Assembly: GCA_965153285.1 (NCBI GenBank)
Contig: OZ229111.1
From: Podarcis tiliguerta
Taxonomy: Eukaryota
Reading direction: 5' to 3' (one strand)
Length of the DNA stretch: 64,000 nt
Shown here: in pieces, positions 47,201 through 62,400 of the stretch
Numbering within the stretch: the stretch's first letter is position 1
Layout of the letters: every line of letters starts with the position of its first letter
The notes under the pieces: model-generated
What the model was told of the DNA's origin: nothing
Databases searched by the model: none
What the model saw: the letters and a program-made list of their open reading frames with translations, nothing else
Translations under genes and position numbers: made by a program

Positions 47201-50200
47201 GACAACATTATTTCCTCGCCTTGCATTCTGCCTTAATGAGAGATGCCTTCTCTGAAGTTTTGGGCAAGTTTTCTGCTGATCAGACATCCAATCTGCTTTT
47301 GTGGTAGCGACTTGTTAAATGTGCTACATAGCCAGGCATTTTATCATTCCCATTCTTAATTATACCAGGTGGTTTCCCTAGTACTTGTGAAAATCTTTGT
47401 AATTCATTAACACTTTATAGGTGTTCTCTTTCAAAGCCCTGACTGCCCAGCAGCACAACTGCTCTTCTCCGTGCCGGAAGGGGACCAGTGTACCATCATC
47501 ATCCACTGCCTGTTTGAAGGAAAAGATGCTCCTCCACAACATCATCCCTTTCTTCTTAATCCTCACAATCCCCCTTGTCTTAGCAGGGCATGTTGAATTT
47601 TTCAAGTTTCAGGTGGAGATGCTAAAAAGTTGTAACATGACTTGGGAATTCAAAACATATTTTGGTTAAATTGATATAATTTAGTTCTGCTTGGTAAGTA
47701 AATGCATGTAACGTTGCGTAAAAATCATTAAAATTGCCAAGTAGTAATATTAATATCAATACTATTATACAATATTTATTATTATTAAGGGACGCGGGTG
47801 GCGCTGTGGGTTAAAGCCTCAGTGCCTAGGGCTTGCCGATCGAAAGGTCGGCAGTTCGAATCCCCGCGGCGGGGTGCGCTCCCGTTGTTCGGTCCCAGCG
47901 CCTGCCAACCTAGCAGTTCGAAAGCACCCTCGGGTGCAAGTAGATAAATAGGGACCGCTTACTAGTGGGAAGGTAAACGGCGTTTCCGTGTGCGGCTCTG
48001 GCTCGCCAGAGCAGCGATGTCACGCTGGCCACGTGACCCGGAAGTGTCTTTGGACAGCGCTGGCCCCCGGCCTCTTGAGTGAGATGGGCGCACAACCCTA
48101 GAGTCTGTCAAGACTGGCCCATACGGGCAGGGGCACCTTTACCTTTTATTATTATTAAGCATTACCTAATATTTCTATAAGGTAAAATTAAAATTATTTG
48201 GTTTTCCAAAAGCAGTTTATGTGCTTCTTCATCAAATGTAGACTTAACAAGCTAAATGTTGCCCAATCACAAAAATAGTAGATTTGAATTCCTCATACAC
48301 AAAACCATATTTTTAAGGAAACCCCCCCCCCCGAAATTTTCAGAAATTAAGTTTAACCCCCTCAAATCACACACCCTAATGTTGCTTATGAGAGTCTACA
48401 AGCATATGGATTGAAATGGGGGGTGAATTTTCAGAGGGGGCATTGACTTTTTAGAGGAGGTTGAGAACTAAGGGGAAAGACCCTTCATCCCAGCTAAATG
48501 TGGGTTCAGCTGTGTGGCATTTTAGTGGTTATTTTTTTTAATTTCACATTCATGGCCACTTCATTATATTTATAGCTATAGTCACATGCTTATTTTCTTG
48601 TGATTTTGCATAGCTTCTGCTAATCTTTTCAGAAGCCTCTTGTGAATGTGATATGTAGTTCCATACCTTTGACTGATGTACTCATTCATTCAGAAAATCA
48701 GGCGGAATATAGCATTATATTTAGTGATAGAAAAGCAACAACAACATGTTGTTGCTGGAGTTGCTGTGTTTGAAAAGTTGCCAAATATTAATTCCTATTC
48801 TGTTCATTCTAGGAAACACAGCACCAAAGTAAGGTTGAAAGTCACATTTTTCAAAATAGAGAACGACAGCACTGCATCTGGAAAATTGATTTTGGGGCGG
48901 AGCATTCAGGGTTGGTGTTTATGCCCCCCAAAAGATTTAGAATGCTGTGCTAAACTCTTCAGATTCTAATTGCAAGAAAATAACTTCCATACACTTTGAT
49001 ACTTGCCCATGTGTTTTCAAATTCAGTACTTTCCTGCAGCTTAGTGAGCTAGAAAGCCAACCCTACAGAGTTCCACTTTGAGAAAGCCCCATTAGAATTC
49101 AGCACTGGCAGTCCCATTAGATTTGTTCCACTTTTCCATTTTCTCCTCCATTTCAGACCAAACTCTCTGGAGCAGCAGTGGAGAAGCAATGATGTGTGAC
49201 TGGCTGGGTCCAAAGGGAGTTGCAGTCCAGCAACATCTGGAGAGTCACCATTTCCCCATCCTTCCTCTAGAGGAGCTTCTTCAAGCAAGGTCTGAGAGCT
49301 CAGGGGTTCTTCTGCCACATCCCTCACTTTTATGCCACCTCTTCTAAGGCCTGGTTTGGTGCATCTAAGGTAGCACTTCCTTCAGGCTCTCCCAGCACAA
49401 GCTTCCCTAGCAGATGCGAAATCTCCATTATCCTAAGCTCACAGCAACAGCACAGACTTATGCAAGTGTGCTCAGAAGTACTGCAAAGTTCAGTAAGTCT
49501 TACTCCCCAGCAAATGGGTATGGAGTACCTCAGTGGAGCAATTTCTCAAAAGGCCTCTCCTCCTCCTAAATGCCCTAAGAGCAAACTGTCCCAAGATGCA
49601 ATGCATTCAGATTATGTTCCCAAGATCGGTTCCACCCTGTTGTGACACCAGACCTACGGAACATACAAGTGTCTTCTGCTTCTGGCATTGCTTGAACCTC
49701 TTTCCTAATCCTAGTTGCAGATTCAAGTTCTGAACCCTAAAAGGTTTTTTTTTGTTCCTTTGATTTCTCCCATGAAGCCCTGGACTGGAATCTGAAATCT
49801 CTTCAACGTAATCCGGGAAGTTTAAAAACCACAGACACTCCTGGTGCCGCATCTTCATAACAAGCACTTCTCTCCCCACTGCCCCCTTGCATACACAAGT
49901 GCATACCTCCCCACAAACCTTGAAAACAAGGTTTGATTCATCCCACTCCCCAAATCACGGCTACATAAATACAACTTAGCTAACAAGATATGACAGCGTC
50001 TTCAAGAACCAGTGTCCTTGTCAGTGACACTTTGTCATTCCACTGATGCATGGCAAGATCCACAAGGCAGCCCACAACAGCAGGCAACAATGGAGAACAA
50101 GCAAGAGGAACATGTGGCCAATTCCACAGAGCAGTGTTGTGGCTGCCTCTTTAAACTCAGCACATGGCAAGCCATTTGTATCCTGCAGCTCATCACAGAA

Positions 50201-53200
50201 AACACAGTATTTTTACCAGCACACCAAAGGAAAAGACAAGGCTCAGTGGTAGAACAACTGCATTGCATATAAAAGGACCCAGGTTCAAAGCTTGGCATCT
50301 TCTGGCAGGCTGGGAAAAGACTCCTATCTGAAATCCTGGAGAGCCACCACCAGTCAGTGTGATGCAGTCCAGTGGTTCCCAAACTTCTCTCTATCAGTGC
50401 CAGATTAAACCCTGTGGAGGCCCCTAGGAAGTCGAAATATTGGGGGCTCCCTCAAATTATCTCCCGAGATGTTTTTGTAATCATCTTTCAAGATCAAATC
50501 AGTATTATTTTGATCTGTTGTCGCAGGGCCCATAGGCTGGGGCTTACTCTGCCTATTTGGTAATCTGGCACTACTCTCCACCCTCAACAACCAAATGGAA
50601 ATTGCCATGGGTCTCAGTGAACCACAATGATTTTTCTGCCTGTTGTAACAATTGCGATGCACTGTGCTAGATGCTGTATGGTTTTAACTCTGTTTCTATT
50701 GCTTGTTTTATTTCTTATATTGCATTTTATTGTATCACAACTTGAATGTCATAATCAACATATTTAATGTGGGCATGCCGCAGTTAAACCTGTAGCAAGT
50801 GAAATGTACAACTCTACATTATTTCCCGTTTACCCCTTGCCTCCCCTTCTCTTGTATCCCCCCCCCCTCTCTCTCTCTCTCTCTCTTTATTGTAGGATCC
50901 TTGAGACAAAGGACTTGTCTTCTTGTACTCTGTTAACCACCACACACACTGATGGGATTATAAGGCAAACAAACATGCAACAGAAATTCCATGCTCTCCC
51001 CTTATCCACACAAAGTCAAGTGAGAGTAGGGAACTCTCCTGCCCTAAGGCAGTGAAACTATAGAACAGGACTCATGAATGCCAAGTGTCCAATCCCAGGC
51101 GACCTCGTGTGTACTAAAGGCAGTGACTGAGGTTACAAGAAATTCCAGATACCACCAGTTTCCTGCATGTGTGCGAAAGAAATTTAACCCTTAGGATTAC
51201 TCTCCCTGTTACATCATCAGGTGCCTGCAGGGTAATGGAAGCTTGACTTGACACCCTAAGTCTCTCTCCCTGCTCTTACTCTGGTCCCTCATAAGAAATT
51301 ATTGCCTTGACACCATAAGACCCAGCGGAGCCAAGGCAGTTAAACTCATATCACAGACTGGGAGCAAGGATAAGATGGCACCCCACAAGTTATCCTGTAA
51401 ATTTCCAGCAGCTTCCCCCACTCAGATGTTGGCTGGGGCTGATGGGAGTTCTAGTCCAAATGATCTGGATGGCACCAGGTTGGGAAAGCTAATTTAAGGC
51501 CACAAGAGCCAGTTATCCCCTGGCATTCACCACAAGAAGCAAGGCAAAGCAGTCCCTTAAGGCCTTTCCTCCAAACTCAGTATCTATCCCTTACAACAGC
51601 AACGCTTGTGTGGGTGGGAGAACTGCACCTGACAAGGCATGGAGACGAGCCCTTTCTATAGTGCACCACCCAACAGGTATGTTTGCTCCAGATGTTCTCC
51701 TCAAGGCAGGTTCCTTCAATGAGAGCTCCATTTCTGGGTACCGTTACTGGGAAGCTGAAGAGAGGTTCACTTCCTAGCAAGGCTTAAGCAGACATTAAGA
51801 TGAAGGCTGCAAATGACACACATCTTGTGGGAACAGATCCATGCAGTGGGATGTTCTGCAGCCTGCCATTTTAAGTTGACAGTAAACTTGCTCGCAAGGA
51901 AGCAGCAACCCTGACTACAGAAGGCAAGGGTGTTTTACTAACAATTCCTGCGTGGCTCCTTGCGGATGATGGGCTTGGCACCAAAAAGCAACACAGCATG
52001 TTCTGAGGAGGAGGGATAACTTGTTCCAAAACCGAAACAGGGTGTTGCACACACACCCTTATGCACAAAAAAACCCCATAGTAGGCACCACAGGGAATCC
52101 ATGTGCCACATTTGCCTCCTGGCTTCAAGGGTTTTGGCAACTGGTTCATGGTAAGCAACTGTGAGATTCCACCCACAGAAATCCTATCATGGCAGAGAGG
52201 GATTTATATCCTTCTCCCTGTAATCACAGATGCTACTCAGCACCAGCTTCATAACATGATGCCCACACTTGCCCAACATTACACTTGGGCTCCTCGCTAA
52301 CAAAGATAAAGGATTATGTTCAACTAAGTCAACTACTCAGAGTAAAACCTTTAAAATTAACAAACCTATGTTAGTCATGCCCATTAACTGTAATGGGTCT
52401 ACTCTGAGTAGGGCTAGCATTGAATACCACTCATGCAACATCTGGGCAAGCATTTTAGCTTGCCAGGTGGAATGATTCCCCCTTCTCCTCCCCCTGTGTG
52501 CTGTTCCAGGGGTTTCCTTGCTCCCCTGAGCCAATTTCAGGGGAGGGGGCGGGGGGGGGGAAGGAAGGAAAGCCCCATTGCTCAAGCAGAAGTTATTGTG
52601 CAGGGCTTCTGCTGATGGGGCTCATTAAATGAATCCTACTCAAAGGCTCCACAAGCAAGTAACACCATATTCTCAGGCAAGAAGAGTACATCCTCTGTGG
52701 GAAGTCTAAAGCAGTGGCAGCATATAAAGTTATCAGATGTTTCACATTGTGGATGGCACTAAACATCCCCACAAATCACACATGGACAAGTAACCTTGCA
52801 GCTCAACAAATGTGCCAGATCTGTAGGCTTCAGGTGAACTTCTGCAACGTCAAGGACTAAACACTGCTGGCGGCATCACTGTAAAAGCTCCAACAAAGAG
52901 AACTGATGGGATTCATAATCACCAAAAAAAGGTACTTATAGAGGCCATCAGATGCAAAGAGTTCTTTAAACCAATGCCCAAGGGTCTTGAAACCAATGCA
53001 CATGGGTCTTGAAAGCAAAAAGTCAGCATTTAATAAGGGCTAGGGGCTTAGAAAGTGCAAGTTAGGATCTTTGCTGCAGATTGTGAAACAGACTCTGTGA
53101 CCAGTAAAAGACCGATTATAAGAAAGGCCTTTGCTTACTGGACTATAATTTGCATTGTGGTTGTTGTTTTAAGGGTGAATGAAATGTAGAAAACTAGTCA

Positions 53201-54251
53201 TTCCTAAGTGCCTTGATTCAGTAGAACCACAAATCCCAATGGCTATTGGGCAAATTCTCAATGCTCACTCTTCACTGCAGAGAAGACAAAAGCACTGCTG
53301 ATGTTAATGCAAGAGACACTGCCGCAATGTTTGGGACCACTGCCTTTCACCCATCGTTGAGTGCACACCGGTCTCTTGGTCGCGTCCGTTTCAGGCAGCG
53401 TGGGAAGAGTGTGCATGGCCAGGAAATGCACCCCAAGAGGAAACCGGAGTCCTAAAGCCCCATGCTACATGGAGAGCAGCTGTCAAGGTAAAGACTAAGC
53501 CAGAAGTGAGGGAGGCTCCACATTGCACAGAACACAGGCAGAGACCCCTTGCCATAAGCAAGCTGGCCAGCAAAGGGGGGAATGCAAGTTGCTGTTCCAA
53601 GATTGATTGATTGATTTGGCTCTAAATTGCACTTCTAGACCCCCACACCTTTGGTAAACCAAAAAACTCTATTTCATTAAAAAAATCCATGCTCTGCTGG
53701 AAGAGCCCTTATCTGATGATGTCAGAAATCCAGACTGAATTACTCAAGGAAGAAAGTTTGGGATAAGAGAGAAGCCACAAGACTAAGTTGGAAGAACACT
53801 GATAGTGTTGCAATAAAAACAAGTGAGCAAACTCAGTCGCACGCTAGGAAAGGATTTCTTCTTTGGACTTGCATGGGCTCAGAATTATGTTGAGCTCCAA
53901 GCCTAGAAGGAAACTATTTCCCAGGGCTCATGGTCACTCTAAGGCAGGCATGGCCAAACTTGGCCCTCCAGCTATTTTGGGACTACAACTCCCATCATCC
54001 CTAGCATACAGGACCCAGAGATGATGGGAATTGTAGTCCCAAAACAGCTGCAGGGCCAAGTTTGACCATGCCTGCTCTAAGGGTTCATCAGTTGACCAGG
54101 AAAACATTATAACTGACTGGTCAATTGACCACTTCATTAGGACATAGGAAGATGCCTTCTATCAAGCTGGACCATTGGTCTACCTAGCTTAGAAGTTGTT
54201 GTGCATCAATCAGATACACACAAAATGGTGGCCACCTGTATCTGATTGGTC

Positions 54252-54305
<54 letters not shown>

Positions 54306-56435
54306 ATATGACTGAGCAACATGTTCAACCCTCTCTCCAAACACGTTTCCCACTCATCTGGATCCACACGTGGCTCAGGGACAGCCATGTTAAACACTCT
54401 TGCTCTCAAGGTGGTGCCCAGAGAAAGTAGAGAAGCCCTGCCCTAAGTGCGTAGGAAGCAGCCTGTTGCCTCATTAAATCCACGTGCTTTTCTCCCAGCA
54501 CCCTCCCTGGTGCCCAAGGGCTGAAGCGGAACTGAAAAGGACAGGAGAGGTATTTTGGGAGAGACGCATGCCGGAGCATGCCACTCAGGGCGCTGCCAAC
54601 AGAAACTCCTGCTTTTCAAGTACAGCGAGACTGGGCCTCTCCCGCCTGAGAGCAGGAATAGGGCACTTCACCAAAAAAAACCCCTCAAATATCTAGGCCA
54701 CAGCAGTGGCCCTACAGGAGTAAGCCTACCTGGCATTGCTTACTGTAACTGCTTGTCCCATATTCCAGTGCAATTCCCCCGCCGCTGCCCCCCAGGGCAG
54801 CATATCTTCATGGGATGTGCTCCGAGTGAGCCAGGAGCTCAAAGTACTCTTCAACTCTCACTAGTATTATCAGAACCAGGGCTTTTTTTCAGCTGAACTC
54901 GCCAGAACTGAGTTCCAGCACCTCTCAGGTGGGGGCCATTGCCATTCCAAGAGAAGGAGGGAGGTGTTCCTGGTGAGTTCCGGCACCCCTTTTTCTAGAA
55001 AAACAGCACTGATCAGAACACTAGTCAGTTATCACTGCAACATGGAATGCCATGTTCTGAAGAACTCACCCCATGTTTATGTATTTATTAAATTTATATT
55101 CCAGACTCACTTCCAGAGCAGCACACGGTGAGAGATAAAACAACGAAAACTTATTTAAAAACAATTCCAATACAAATGCAGGTTGGGAAAGATCTCAGTT
55201 TTAAAAGGTTTAATGAAAGAGGAAGGTGCGTACTTCTGTACAACATCCAACTTGACCATGGCTCCCCACAAATGAAGCCTTTAGCGGTCGCCACCACTAA
55301 ACACAATTCACCCAACCACCCAAAGAGGGGGCCCGGGAGTTCCCCACCCTGCGCCGCTCTCACCGTTCTCCATCCTGAGCACCATGCTGCCAGCAGCAGA
55401 GAGATGTTGCAGACCACTGTCTCTGTCCGTTCCACAGTTACGTGCTGTTCGGCTGGGTAGACACCTGAGTCTGACTTGCTGTCTGGCTGCGGCTTCCTGG
55501 AATGAGTCAAGTCTTGTCCCAGCCAATGGGCGGCCCTTGCCTTGGAGGATAGGCGTCATTACAGTCCTGGCCTGGCGTAACTGAGATAACCAGCAACGCC
55601 CTGTTCCTGTGCTGATCCCCACAGCCTCCGGAGGGCCGTTAACCCCCTCATGCTCTGGAGGCAAGGAGGAAACTACAGCTTGACGGATGTAAACACTAGC
55701 TGGCATGATCTGTGTGGGGTGGGATAGCAGAAAGAACCCCTCCCAAGCCTGCAGCAAAGGGTGGGGAATCACAAACTATTGCGCACATTTGAGTGCAGAG
55801 CCAGTGTGGTCCATTGTGTCAAGACTAGGGCTGAGAAAAGACTGGCTGAAATTTCTGTGAAGCCCCTTGAAGCTTGCTGGCAGAGGAGAGAAGAACCACA
55901 AAGTGTGCCACCTTGAAAAAGTGGGTTATTAATGCAGTAAAGAAAAGCATGTTATAAATGTTTTTAGTCTACCAGGAGAACTGTTATTAGACCACCCACA
56001 GGCCCAGTCGTTCCTGAAAACAGCTTCTGAATCCTCAGGTCATGCTACAATTTTTTAGCACCCCTCACTTTTGGAATTTGAAACTTTAAAAATTCAACAT
56101 GCCCCAGCATGGTAACTATTCTTCATTTGTGGCATGTGGTGTTTTGTTCTGAATGACATCTATTCAAAACAGGGGCTCCCAAACTGAAGTCCGTGAGCTT
56201 CGTTCAGGTAGTCTGCACTGTGTCTGGATTTGTGGCTGGGGATGGGAGGCAGCAAATCCATCACATAAAATATTCCGACAGATTTTAAATTGTATTTTTA
56301 CTGCTTCTTTTATTTTTACGTTGCGTTCTATTGTATTACAATTTGAATTCTTCAAAATGCTGTAAAACACAATACATAAGAAATGAAAGGAGCAATAAAA
56401 ATATAATTAAAAACCATGCAGCATCCAGCACATTA

Positions 56436-56469
<34 letters not shown>

Positions 56470-59400
56470 TATGTGCGTGTGTGTTCTTTTCAAACAAAAG
56501 CAGAAAAGCATTACAGTACAGACGATTGCAAGGGTAAGAACATTACTGGGAATGAACATGTGACATGACAGAATCTAGCACAGCACATTACAATTGCTAC
56601 AACAGGTAGAAAAATCTTGAAGTGGTCTACCCAAGACCCTCAACCAATTTCAAGTGGTCCATGGAAATCAGGAAACACTGCCTTGCAGAATGGCTAGTAA
56701 CTTGCTATTCAAACCCAAGTTAAAGTAAAGGGCAGCTAATTCCATCCAGTTTAAGCCTCACTGGCATTCATAGGTCTGTTGGACACATTTACACACATTT
56801 TTGTGAACACCGTATGCGTAAAATTCACACTGTTGTGTAAAATGCACACTTTTTCAATGCTTTTCAGTTCACTCACACACACCACCCCCATGACGCTTGT
56901 ATTTGCATGCACACTTTTTCAGGACCGAAAATGCACTGTAAGATGTGGGGAAGTGTGTACCAGAACAGCACAGATAAGAGCTGGCCATGTGCTGCCCTCT
57001 GCTGATAATAAAAAGGCATTGGCCCAAGCGGGGGTCACAATTGTCTTTTAACCCATCAAGCCAGTAGAGGACTGCAGAGAGAACTCCTTCCTGAAAACAA
57101 ACTCATGAACCATTACAAATAATCTCTCTGCTACCACCTCTACCCCAGACTGCAAAAAGCAATTACACACATTTATGGTCCAGTAACTATATGACTGCAG
57201 CTTACTCCTTGCACTCTAGGGCTTCTGCAAGCTGTGTCTGAGCACATATGTGAATCACTGTAAAATCACCCTGCAATTTTTGCTGGGCAAGTCCCAGATT
57301 TTACATTTTAAAAGAAAGCATCATACCCAGACAGCTGCCCAAAGGCAGACAGGAGGGCACCTAGACTAAGAGAATAGGTGGGAAAGCCCTGGCTCAATAG
57401 AGTGCCAATTAGGAAGTCAAGCAAATGCATAGATTCCCAACACACAATAACACATTTTCTCCCTGAGGGCCTTAGAAAGGAGGGACATGGTGATGCTCCA
57501 AGTCTTCTCCATCATTGCTGATTTATTCACACATCTTCACATTCCCAATCTGCCCAAAAACTTCATCCAGTTCACTCCACACGATAAGGCTGGCTGGAAC
57601 GAAGCTTTGTAAGACACACACCTCCCCAAACGCAGTTGCAAACCAGAAGTGGTCAAACTGTAACTGAGGAAATCATACACAGCTGTAGAGCCATTCAAAA
57701 AGTTGCTCCCAGGCAGTTCAAGAATAAAATCGGAAGTTAATGAATAAACCTTTTGGTTCCCTGGGAAGAGGGATTGACTGTTAAACCTCTACTCTGAGGA
57801 CTATAGCTCTGTAAAGGGAATAGGGCCCTCTTAACAACTCTCAGCACCCTCAACTAACTACAGTTGCCAGGATTCTTGGGGGAAGCCACGACTGTATAAA
57901 GTGGTATGATCCCGCTTTAAATGTACAGTGCAGTTGGGGACCTAATCTTATGCCTAGAGGAAGGGTAGGGGTATTTCAGTCCACGGTGGAGGGGGACAAA
58001 TGCGGCTTTTTGGGCCTCTTTATCCATCCCTCATCAGGTTTCTCCCCAGACCACACACGTCACTGGCCACACTCTGCAGCAGTGGTTCCCTATTTATATC
58101 CCACACAGGATACGGGGGGTCTTGGTGGCCCACTTACTGACTTTCCTGCCTGCTGCAGCAATTGTATTTCTACTGCTTCTTTTATTTCTTACACACTGTA
58201 TTTTACTGCATTTCATAGAATTCATATTGCAATGCAATAAAATACAATATTATAATAAAAGGAGCAATAAAAAAGCTGTTAAAAATCAATAGGAGTATTT
58301 AACGCGATGGACTTGCCAATTGCCATCTTCAACAACAAATCCACAGAAATGCTGCAGACCATTTGGATGAAGCTCACAGGCCACCAGTGATTCAAAGGTC
58401 ACAGTTTGGGACCCCTGCTCTACATCAGCCTGAAGTGATTTGGCCTGACTGGAAGCTGTCCTCCACTGTGGTAATACTAGCATGGCCAGAGATACCTGTG
58501 CATAAAAACCTCCGGCTTTAGCGCGGAGTCCCATACAAAGGGAAAATTCGCATCCACAGCCCTACCCAGCTTTGCCTCTGGAGATGCCCACATCCACCTC
58601 TGTTCCTGCCTACTACCAGCATGCAGCCTACCCCTGAGGGAATGTGGCATTTGAGCTGAAAGACCTCGTCTAGCTAGGGAGAGAGGGTACAATGGCTTTT
58701 GTAAAGTTGTTTCTAGATTAAGAAACTTTGGAGTGCTCCTCTAGTTTAAATAGCGTCTAACAAGATCCAGCTGTCAACAAACTTTTGCCCGTCTCCTCCA
58801 AGTTGCCAGGCACAAACGGGTTCAAGGCACCACAAGAAGTTCCTGCTCTCAGCTGCTTTTGCGACCACATCCTGTTTTCCTAATGACAGTTGCCTCTCAT
58901 TGCTGCATCAGATACCATAAGACTTCAGTGCTGCCAGGAAAGGGACTCCATTTCTAAGTCTGCCAGGCCCATTACTTTTGCAGAAGTGCAACCAATTCCT
59001 CACTTTTAAGAGGCAGACACACACAGGGCCCATCACCCCACTCCTCTTCACTCACAGCTGAGGCATAACAACAGCCCCAGCCATGCTTTGCCTGGAGCCA
59101 CCTGGCTGTGCAGAGTACAGGCCTCGTTTCCATGGACACCATCTGGCTTCCGTTTCCCCCTCCCAGCTCCTGCCAAGGCAGAATCCCCTTCTGTTTGACT
59201 GTTGGGGATGGAGCTAGCAGCCATATGGGAAACGGCTCTCCCCAAGTCTGAAGAGGTGGGGAGAACAACACAACCAGCCCCTTGGGTTCCCCCTCACATA
59301 CTTCATGACAAACTGCAGCTGTGCCCTGTTTGTAAGCCACTGGGCGATGGCAGAATTCCTCTCCCAGTTTGGCAAGAGCTTGCAGGCTGCCAGCCATTGC

Positions 59401-62400
59401 TCTGCAATATCTATCCTACTGCCAGGCTGCATGGTAGAAATTCACACAGCTGTTGATACTTTGGTCCTACAAAAGAATGCCTAAGAAGAATGGATCTATC
59501 TTTTTGTGGGAGTGGAGGTGTGTGCCTTTTCGCACAGGATACTTCATAAGGCAGAAGAAGAAAAAGGGAACTAGACTCCAAGCTTTCTGCCCTCCACAAT
59601 TTAGCTGTCTTCCTCACCTGTAGAGTTCTGCATGGCTTTACAAGCTCACCCACCATGCTTTAGTCACTAATCTAGTATGCGATTTCACTTTCCACATTTT
59701 GTATTTTAGGAAATTCACTGTGAAGCAACAGGAATCAAAACCCTGTTCTGCACACCCACATATGGTATCTTCTAGACCAAGCGATTTCACCTTGGTTTGT
59801 TTTGCTAAAAATAAGCCTCAAAATCTTTAACCTAAACCCCAAGTTCTGAGGCCAGAATAAACATGATGCCCGTCCAGACAATGCTGGACTGCAACTCCCA
59901 TCATTCCTGACCAGTGCCATGTTGCCTGGGTCTGGTGGAAGTTGCAGGTGGACAACATCTGGAGCAGTACTAGACAGAAGCTAAACTGGGATCTACTGGT
60001 AGGTCTAAGTGACATGCAGTAGACTACCAAGGATTTTTGACTCTGTGTTTTTGAACTTCCCACCCCCAAAAAGTTAGGCTGCTAATGAATTAATGTAAAG
60101 TATGGTTTCTATACATGTGAACAAGTCAATGAAAAATTATTCTTCGTTTTTTATCCTAAAACTCCAAGGTCAGCTTACAATTGCTGTTTGTTCTGTTTTA
60201 CAATGCAATTAAAATAACAAACTTTGCCAATGAAAACAACTTGCATTCCTGTTTGGAGATAGCTGCAATTGTAGCAGGGGGTTGGTAGGAAAAGGTTTTC
60301 TATGTTGCTAGGCTTGCCTTTGACCACTACACAGGCAAGCAGTCCTCATCAAGAAGTGAAACCCATAATGAAATAAAATGCAAATCTGCCACCTAAGCAG
60401 TGATATTCTTGCCTTCATGGAATATTCAAACATATATGACAAGGGTCAAATAAATAGGCAATCCACTGACCAGTGTACCAACCCTATGTCAGACTGAGCA
60501 AGGGAAACAGCGAAACTAGATTTGTTGACCCAAGAAATAACAAGGACTGGGGTGATGGGAAAGGTCTGAAACAGCCATATTCCCTGGCTAGGTTTTATAA
60601 AGAATCCATCCATATATTTACACTGCCTTTCATAAATACTAGGGGGCAGAAACTTGTTCTCTTTTTAAAAAGGGAAAATCAGGTTCTGAAAATTGTTGGA
60701 AAGATACCAGATACAGTGGTACCTCGGGTTACATACGCTTCAGGTTACAGACTCTGCTAACCCAGAAATAGTACCTCGGGTTAAGAACTTTGCTTCAGGA
60801 TGAGAACAGAAATTGTGCTCCGGCGGTGCAGAAGCAGTGGGAGGCCCCATTAGCTAAAGTGGTGCTTCAGGTTAAGAACAGTTTCAGGTTAAGAACAGAC
60901 CTCCAGAACGAATTAAGTACTTAACCTGAGGTACCAATGTACTTTATTAGTTGCCCTTTACAGCTGCAGATCCCTAGACTGAACTCACAAGAACTACTCT
61001 ACAGCAAAACTTTCAATACCAGAATGCAAGGAATAACAGAACCTGGGGCTGAGCCAATGAACCGGAGAACTCAATGTTACAGGCTTCAGTGCTAAGGCTG
61101 CTATATTCTCTCTGTACCTGAACCAACAGTCTCATACTGTGAAGTGGCTTTAATCCTGGATCATTCTATCTGGCCTGCCAGCCTCCCCGCCAACCTAAAA
61201 CCACAAACCCTCAGCAGACAAATCAGTACCCTCCACCCATCCTGTTGTCACACAGCAAGGAAGAAGAGACAGAAAACAAGCCCGTCTCATCAAGTGCCCA
61301 TACATAGTAAGCTTGCTAATCTTTCTTTAGTAGAGGCTCTGTGCAACAGGCAGGCATTCATTCCACAGGTGAAATTTTGCCCATTGTCAGTTTTCCATAC
61401 TGGTGAAAACTGTAGTTGGTTTAACAGTTGCATGACTGTTGCATTCAGTAGGCAGGTCTAGAAACACACCCCTCCCTCAAACCCCCTCCCAGGGTTACCC
61501 GATTTTGCTGCTGGCTCTGTTCAGTTTGTTTTGCTATTTTACTGTACGGAATAGATTTTACTGTAAGCTGCCTTAGTCAGGTTCTTCCTCCAGTAAGGCA
61601 GCTCATAGGGTGTGTGTTTTTTAATGTGAAAATGGGGTTGAGAATGGAATTGGCCTAAGGCCTCAGCAGCCGCCTTTGTGTAACACAGTCCTTTCCATTC
61701 ATCATACTCCACAAGGCAGACACCAAACTGGCTGTCCAGAGTTTGTGACCCATTACAGGTGATGCTGGGGACCAGGGTTCAAATCCAAACTCAGCTATGA
61801 AGTTTGCTGGATGACCTTGGGTCAGTTACAGTCTGTCCTACCTCACAGGGTTATTGTAAGGATAAAATAGAGAGGGGGAAATGAACCACGTAAACCATCT
61901 TAAGGAAGGGCGGGATATAAATGCAACTTCAACAACTATGACAACTATAGCATATGCTCTTCCTCTAGGGAGGTCAAAAAGAGGTCACAGCCACAACCCC
62001 ATTGCTAGGCATCAGCAAAACAATGATCTGCTCTCACGCACTTTAGAAAACTCACTTCAGATAATAAAAAAGAAATCTTCACAAGAATATGTGGAAAACA
62101 CACACACCTCAACATGTATAAAGTTAGCACAAGTGACTCTTTCAGAAAATATACAAACAACGGGACAACATCTCCATGAGTAGGGCATGGGACTCTTAAA
62201 TTCAGGGTTGTGGCCCATGTTGGGCAAAATATTTATTTTATTTTACTTATTTATTAAATCTGTATACCACCCTTCATCTGTAGATCTCAGGATGGTTTAC
62301 AACATAAAAATACAAGATAAAAACACAAAATACATAATAAATAGAAGAAGACGACAACAACTAAAACCCTCCTCCCTCCACCTCTTCCCACAAACACATT

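Noticed and set aside
47789-47875. tRNA-like A/B boxes
   Set aside because: SINE head, not a tRNA gene; the tRNA-complementary 14790-14820 is likewise a PBS.
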